From Raillietiella orientalis (taxonomy: Eukaryota), in contig JAYWIR010000021.1 in the NCBI GenBank assembly GCA_036172245.1, forward strand, positions 868,001 to 932,000: a stretch of 64,000 nt of DNA. Direction: 5' to 3'. Positions 63,601-64,000 of the stretch are shown one piece after another. Position 1 is the first letter of the stretch, and each line of letters begins with the position of its first letter. Position numbers and translations under genes: made by a program. The notes under the pieces were generated by a model. The model did not search any database and was not told the DNA's origin. It worked only from the letters and a program-made list of their open reading frames with translations.

Positions 63601-64000
63601 ACTCGGACGCGGGGTCCTCCCCTCATTCCCCCGGAGCGGCGGCGGAGGCCACAGAAGGACGCGTCTACACGGTCCGCTACCGCACGCGCCTCCACGCGCG
63701 CTTCCGCTACCGCAACACCACGCGGCGCACCCTGCGCGTGGAGGGTCTCCGACCAGACACATTGTACGAGTTCAGCGTGAGAGCGGTCCAGGGCCGGAAG
63801 CACAGTGACTGGAGTCTGGTGCTAGCCAACTCCACTCAGGAGGCGTCCCCGGATTCGCCCCCCCGCGACCTGACCATCGTTCCGCATGCCACCCTGCGTG
63901 GGGTCGTCAGCCTGCACTGGCAACCCCCGCGACTTTCCAATGGCCGCATCACCGGCTACGTCATCTCGTACACCAGCAACCGCACCCAGGGCGAACGGGA
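60693..64000 (+). CDS. fra: Frazzled/DCC/neogenin netrin receptor ectodomain (4 Ig domains plus FN3 repeats 1 to start of 6); runs off the window
   Basis: Phase-consistent exons 60693-60858, 60946-61076, 61141-61419, 61472-61628, 61681-62265, 62349-62631 and 62718 to beyond 64000 (open). Ig motifs DQGTYEC, DRGLYYC, DSGTYVC, DSGAYQC. Family-diagnostic FN3 sequences: NDLDESRVPDPP, VRGYTIGYGVGIPD, PPVGL, LRPDTLYEFSV, PPRDLT, WQPPRLSNGRITGY. Confidence 0.93.

Noticed and set aside
1..64000. CRISPR arrays, rRNA, prokaryotic operons or defence systems
   Set aside because: No regularly spaced repeats or rRNA-like sequence were seen, and the genes are spliceosomal and metazoan.

Overview
Eukaryotic, intron-containing DNA, most likely from an arthropod: TFIIA-gamma has the insect-type [15 protein letters not shown] motif, MetRS has an N-terminal GST-like domain, and there is a frazzled-type receptor. 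Four host genes are supported. They are the 3' end of talin (+, 160-1902), TFIIA gamma/small subunit (-, 5953-7013), cytoplasmic methionyl-tRNA synthetase (+, 17629-22610, 13 coding exons, no C-terminal WHEP domain found) and the Ig/FN3 ectodomain of a frazzled/DCC/neogenin receptor (+, 60693 to beyond 64000). The long GC-rich intergenic and intronic tracts are largely decayed non-LTR retrotransposons: about 8 related L1/Tx1-like copies, several RTE-like copies and one I/Jockey-like copy, plus a possible MULE remnant. All were recognised by eye from degenerate motifs, so their boundaries are approximate. The most unusual signals are a sharp AT-rich/CpG-poor versus GC-rich/CpG-rich mosaic, a strong strand bias and clustering of LINE remnants, two near-perfect hairpins, 37-41 nt introns, an atypical MetRS (ALLY instead of ALPY, truncated C-terminus) and an unexplained decayed intronless coding island upstream of TFIIA-gamma. 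I cannot demonstrate a new biological system from the sequence alone. No CRISPR array, rRNA or convincing tRNA was seen.
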